A DNA stretch of 32,000 nucleotides from Mycolicibacterium smegmatis (GTDB taxonomy: Bacteria > Actinomycetota > Actinomycetes > Mycobacteriales > Mycobacteriaceae). The notes under the pieces were generated by a model. It had not been told where the DNA came from, made no database searches, and saw only the letters and a list, made by a program, of their open reading frames with translations. The stretch covers positions 6,870,001 to 6,902,000 of the forward strand of contig NZ_LN831039.1 of the NCBI RefSeq assembly GCF_001457595.1, read 5' to 3'. Of the stretch, positions 28,955-32,000 are shown piece by piece (within the stretch, counting starts at the first letter, position 1; every line of letters begins with the position of its first letter). Made by a program: the position numbers and the translations under genes.

Positions 28955-29845
28955 TCAGGCCTCCTGTCTGGCGGTGGGGGGCTGGTATTTCTCGCCGAGG
29001 GCAGACCATTCCGCCATGCCGACGAGGTCGAAGAACTCCTGGGGCTTGCTGGGCGCGAAGTCCTCGACGTCGACGCCTCGCAGCCGGCAGAGGGCGGTCA
29101 GCGCTCCGAGGGTGGCCTGGGACAGCACAGCGGAGGGGTGGATGGCGACGGCGAACCCGAGTTGTTGCAGCCGCTCGACGGACTGATCGGGGGTCAGGCC
29201 GCCGATGACGAGGTTGAGCAGCAGCGGCGCGTCGACCTCGGCGGCGATCCGCTCGATCTCCGCGGTGCTCTGGGGCGCCTCGACGAACAGGATGTCCGCA
29301 CCCGCCGCGGCGTAGCGGTTCGCGCGCCGGATCGCCTCGTCCAGACCGAGCGGTCCGCGGGCGTCGGTCCTGGCGATCACCAGCATCCCGTCGTCGGTGC
29401 GTGCGTCGAGGGCGGCGCCCAGGGTGCGCAGGAAGTCGTCCGCGCTGACCAGTTCCTTGTCGGGCAGGTGGCCGCACCGCTTCGGGAACGCCTGGTCTTC
29501 GAGTTGGATCGCGGCGACGCCGGCGTCCTCGTACTCGCGCACGGTGCGCAGGACGTTGATGGGCGCGCCGTATCCGGTGTCGGCGTCGGCCAGCAGGGGC
29601 ACGTCCCCGAGCGCCCGCACGGCCGTCCGCGCGCGTTCGACCATCTCGGTCTGGGTGACCAGACCGATGTCAGGGAGCCCGAAGCCCGCGGCGGCGACGC
29701 CGGCGCCGGTCAGGTAGGCCGCGCTGTGACCCGTGCGCTTGGCCAGATGCGCAGAGATGCCGTCATAGACGCCGGGAGCGACGATCAGCTCCTTGCGCTC
29801 AAGGAGTTCTCCTAGGCGCCTTCGTGATCCGGTGTTTCGGGCCAT
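28955..29845 (-). CDS. Isocitrate lyase / PEP mutase family lyase (2-methylisocitrate / 2,3-dimethylmalate lyase-like)
   Basis: 'APGVYDGISAHLAKRTGHSAAYLTGAGVAA', 'ADADTGYG', active-site 'EDQAFPKRCGHLPDK', 'VIARTDAR'. Confidence 0.92.
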   Translation of the reverse strand: MARNTGSRRRLGELLERKELIVAPGVYDGISAHLAKRTGHSAAYLTGAGVAAAGFGLPDIGLVTQTEMVERARTAVRALGDVPLLADADTGYGAPINVLRTVREYEDAGVAAIQLEDQAFPKRCGHLPDKELVSADDFLRTLGAALDARTDDGMLVIARTDARGPLGLDEAIRRANRYAAAGADILFVEAPQSTAEIERIAAEVDAPLLLNLVIGGLTPDQSVERLQQLGFAVAIHPSAVLSQATLGALTALCRLRGVDVEDFAPSKPQEFFDLVGMAEWSALGEKYQPPTARQEA

Positions 29846-31278
29846 CAGTCCAGAACCTTTCCCACCGGGCCCGAGAGAAGCTCGACCAGCGGTGCGACGT
29901 CAGGGACCTCGGGTAGTCCGAGGACTGCGTGCTGGATCGCGGCTGCACGGTCGGCGGACATGACGGGCGCGACCAGGCGGGCGAACTTCTCCACGACCTC
30001 GTCGTTGGTCACCGGGTCGCGTGAATTCCCGTGGGGTGCCATCACCGACGCGGCCTCGGCGCTGCCGTCGGTGAACGTCAGCGTCAGGTGCGTCTGGAAC
30101 CGCTCGGTGGGCGGCAGTTCGTCGATGCTTTCGTCCAACTCCACGTGGGTGCACGCCAGCAGCCGCCAGACGTCGTCGGCGTCGAGGCGTTCGGCGGAGA
30201 ACTGCTGCGGCAGCGCGACACCGTCGAGCAAGGTGACCGCGGCGGCGTAGCCGATGTTCATCTGGGCGCCGATCGCGGTCAGTGGCCGCTGCGGCTGCCA
30301 CCAGCCGTGGTGGTAGACGACGTCGCCGACGCGGATGTCGATGCGCTCGATTGTGCGACCGTGCAGGCGGTTTCGCAGCGTGCGCGCAGCCTCGACGACG
30401 CCGTGCAGACCACCCATGACCGCCCAGGACTTCACCATGATGGAAGTGGTCTCCCAGTGGTCGCCCAGTCCACGGGTGATGGCCGCGGCATCGATCTGAT
30501 GGCCTTCGCCGTAGACGGCGAGGAATCCGCCGTAGGGGCGTTCGAGAACCTGATCGATGCCGGTGTAGCCCGACTGTGCGAGCGCGGCGGAGTAGAAGCC
30601 GTTGCGGGCTGCGAAGCCGTGCTGCATCCGCTTGCCCATCGCCTCGTACTGCGCCGACATCAGCCCCGCGGACTGGGTCGCGGCGAAGCCGACCGCGTCC
30701 TCGAGCTGCGCGCCGTCCAGCCCGCGGAGCTTCCCGCAGGCCAGCGCGGCGGCGATGCCGCCGAAGACGGGGCCGGAATGCCAACCGCGGGAGAGCATCT
30801 CGGTGCCACCCAGGGCGCGCCCGATCCGCGGGCCGGTCTCGAAGCCCACGATCGCAGCCATCAGCAACTCCTTACCGCTCACCGGTCGGTTCAGGTGTGC
30901 TGTCGTGGCGAGCAGTGCCGGGACCACCAGTGAGGCCGAGTGCAGCGGTGCGAAGGGATGAAAGTCGTCGAGTTCGAAGCCCTGGATGAAGGTGCTGTTG
31001 AGCAGGACGGCGCCGACCGGTGTGCTGGTGCGCCCTGTGCCGATGACGGGGACGGCTCCGTCGCCCTCGATACCCAGCACCGCGTCGGTGGCCAGGCGCG
31101 ACCACGGCAGCTGCGCCCCGACCAGGGCGCAGCCGATGCCGTCCAACAACAGATGGGCCGCCCGCACCCGGACGTGCTCGGGCACCTGATCCCATTCCAG
31201 GGTGCGCACCCAATTCACCAACTGGCCCGTCGGGCCCTCGGGCGCGCTGGGGTCGGTCAATGTGTTCACCTGACCCAT
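29845..31278 (-). CDS. MmgE/PrpD family protein (2-methylcitrate dehydratase-like)
   Basis: 'VRVRAAHLLLDGIGCALVGAQLPW', 'VGAVLLNSTFIQGFELDDFHPFAPLHSASLVVPALLA', 'FEVGPRIGRALGG'-like segment. ATG 31278 preferred over track start 31350. Confidence 0.9.
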   Translation of the reverse strand: MGQVNTLTDPSAPEGPTGQLVNWVRTLEWDQVPEHVRVRAAHLLLDGIGCALVGAQLPWSRLATDAVLGIEGDGAVPVIGTGRTSTPVGAVLLNSTFIQGFELDDFHPFAPLHSASLVVPALLATTAHLNRPVSGKELLMAAIVGFETGPRIGRALGGTEMLSRGWHSGPVFGGIAAALACGKLRGLDGAQLEDAVGFAATQSAGLMSAQYEAMGKRMQHGFAARNGFYSAALAQSGYTGIDQVLERPYGGFLAVYGEGHQIDAAAITRGLGDHWETTSIMVKSWAVMGGLHGVVEAARTLRNRLHGRTIERIDIRVGDVVYHHGWWQPQRPLTAIGAQMNIGYAAAVTLLDGVALPQQFSAERLDADDVWRLLACTHVELDESIDELPPTERFQTHLTLTFTDGSAEAASVMAPHGNSRDPVTNDEVVEKFARLVAPVMSADRAAAIQHAVLGLPEVPDVAPLVELLSGPVGKVLD

Positions 31279-31309
31279 TGCAGAGATCGGGTTGCGTAGA
31301 AGCCAGTCA

Positions 31310-31328
31310 ACTTGCGAAATCTGCAAGT
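31310..31328. promoter_or_regulatory. Inverted repeat ACTTGC-gaaatct-GCAAGT, candidate IclR operator
   Basis: 6-bp perfect arms in the 61-bp divergent region, abutting the candidate -10 TACGAT (31328-31333). Confidence 0.55.
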
Positions 31329-31339
31329 ACGATTTCGTC

Positions 31340-32000
31340 GTGGCCACCACCGCGCTGCGCGGGCTCCACGTACTGGAGACCCTCGCCGGGATGCGCCAAC
31401 CCGCGACGCTGCGCGATGTCGCCGCACGCGCCGGGCTCTCGGAGTCGAACGCGTTCCGGATTCTGCAGGCACTCGAAAACGAGGGCTACGTACACCATCT
31501 CGGGCGATCCGGTTACCGGTTGGCCAGCCGGGCGCTGGCCCTGGCCACCGTCATCGGTCCACGACCGGCCATGCTCCGCCTGATGCATCCGATCGTCGCC
31601 CGGTTGGCCGCAGTCAGCGGTGAGGCCGCCGTGGTGCACCTGCGGGCGGGGCAGTTCCGGGTGCTGGTGCTGGGCGTTCCGGCGCCCTCGGGGCCGATCG
31701 TCGACCCGGCCGGCGTCCTCGGGGAGCGCTCACCGCTGGCCGCCGGCGCCAGCGGCCGGATCATCCTGGCCTACCTAACCGAGACGGAGCTTGCCGACGT
31801 CGACCTCGACGGCGTGACCCCCGAGCAGCTCGCCGAAATTCGCGATCGCGGGTATGAAACGTCCTACGGCGAGAACCATCCGGGCATCAACGGCATTTCC
31901 GTGCCCCTGCTCGCCACGCCCGACGATCCCGGCGCTGCGCTGATTGTGTTGGGGTCCATGACGATTGCCGGCCCGGCGGAGCGGCTGCCGCCTCGGGCCG
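31340..32000 (+). CDS. IclR-family transcriptional regulator, 3'-truncated by window edge
   Basis: Translated by hand from GTG 31340: 'VATTALRGLHVLETLAGMRQPATLRDVAARAGLSESNAFRILQALENEGYVHHLGRSGYRLASRALALA...ISVPLLATPDDPGAALIVLGS'. Absent from the ORF track because it has no stop in the window. Confidence 0.9.
   Translation, partial: MATTALRGLHVLETLAGMRQPATLRDVAARAGLSESNAFRILQALENEGYVHHLGRSGYRLASRALALATVIGPRPAMLRLMHPIVARLAAVSGEAAVVHLRAGQFRVLVLGVPAPSGPIVDPAGVLGERSPLAAGASGRIILAYLTETELADVDLDGVTPEQLAEIRDRGYETSYGENHPGINGISVPLLATPDDPGAALIVLGSMTIAGPAERLPPRA

Noticed and set aside
27871-29815. Long + strand ORFs (445 aa and 368 aa) opposite the LeuC-like and lyase genes
   Set aside because: Antisense shadows in GC-rich DNA; no recognisable domains.

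Overview
High-GC actinobacterial (mycobacterial-type) chromosome segment, densely packed with catabolic genes. I see no tRNA, rRNA, CRISPR, transposase or phage signature. Contents, left to right: a 5'-truncated L-lactate permease; a large LuxR-type ATPase regulator (-) divergent from an HxlR regulator; an uncharacterised protein; alpha/beta hydrolases; a TIGR03086-like protein; two tandem Zn-alcohol dehydrogenases; a DesA3-like desaturase with its ferredoxin-reductase partner; a LinB/DmbA-like haloalkane dehalogenase divergent from a GlxA/AraC regulator; a LysR regulator divergent from a 2,2-dialkylglycine decarboxylase; a uronate dehydrogenase + TRAP transporter (DctP/M/Q) + uncharacterised TIM-barrel-like protein cassette; an SDR-PPOX fusion protein; a LysR regulator divergent from two translationally coupled alpha/beta hydrolases; and a tight five-gene operon (MmgE/PrpD, isocitrate-lyase/PEP-mutase family, aconitase-family large and small subunits, PEBP/YbhB) divergent from an IclR regulator that runs off the right edge. 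The most noteworthy items are the alkylcitrate/dimethylmalate-like operon with a PEBP gene, the unknown protein in the uronate/TRAP cassette, the SDR-PPOX fusion apparently lacking YxxxK, and several inverted repeats overlapping apparent leaderless promoters. I see no clear evidence of a defence system or another radically new system.
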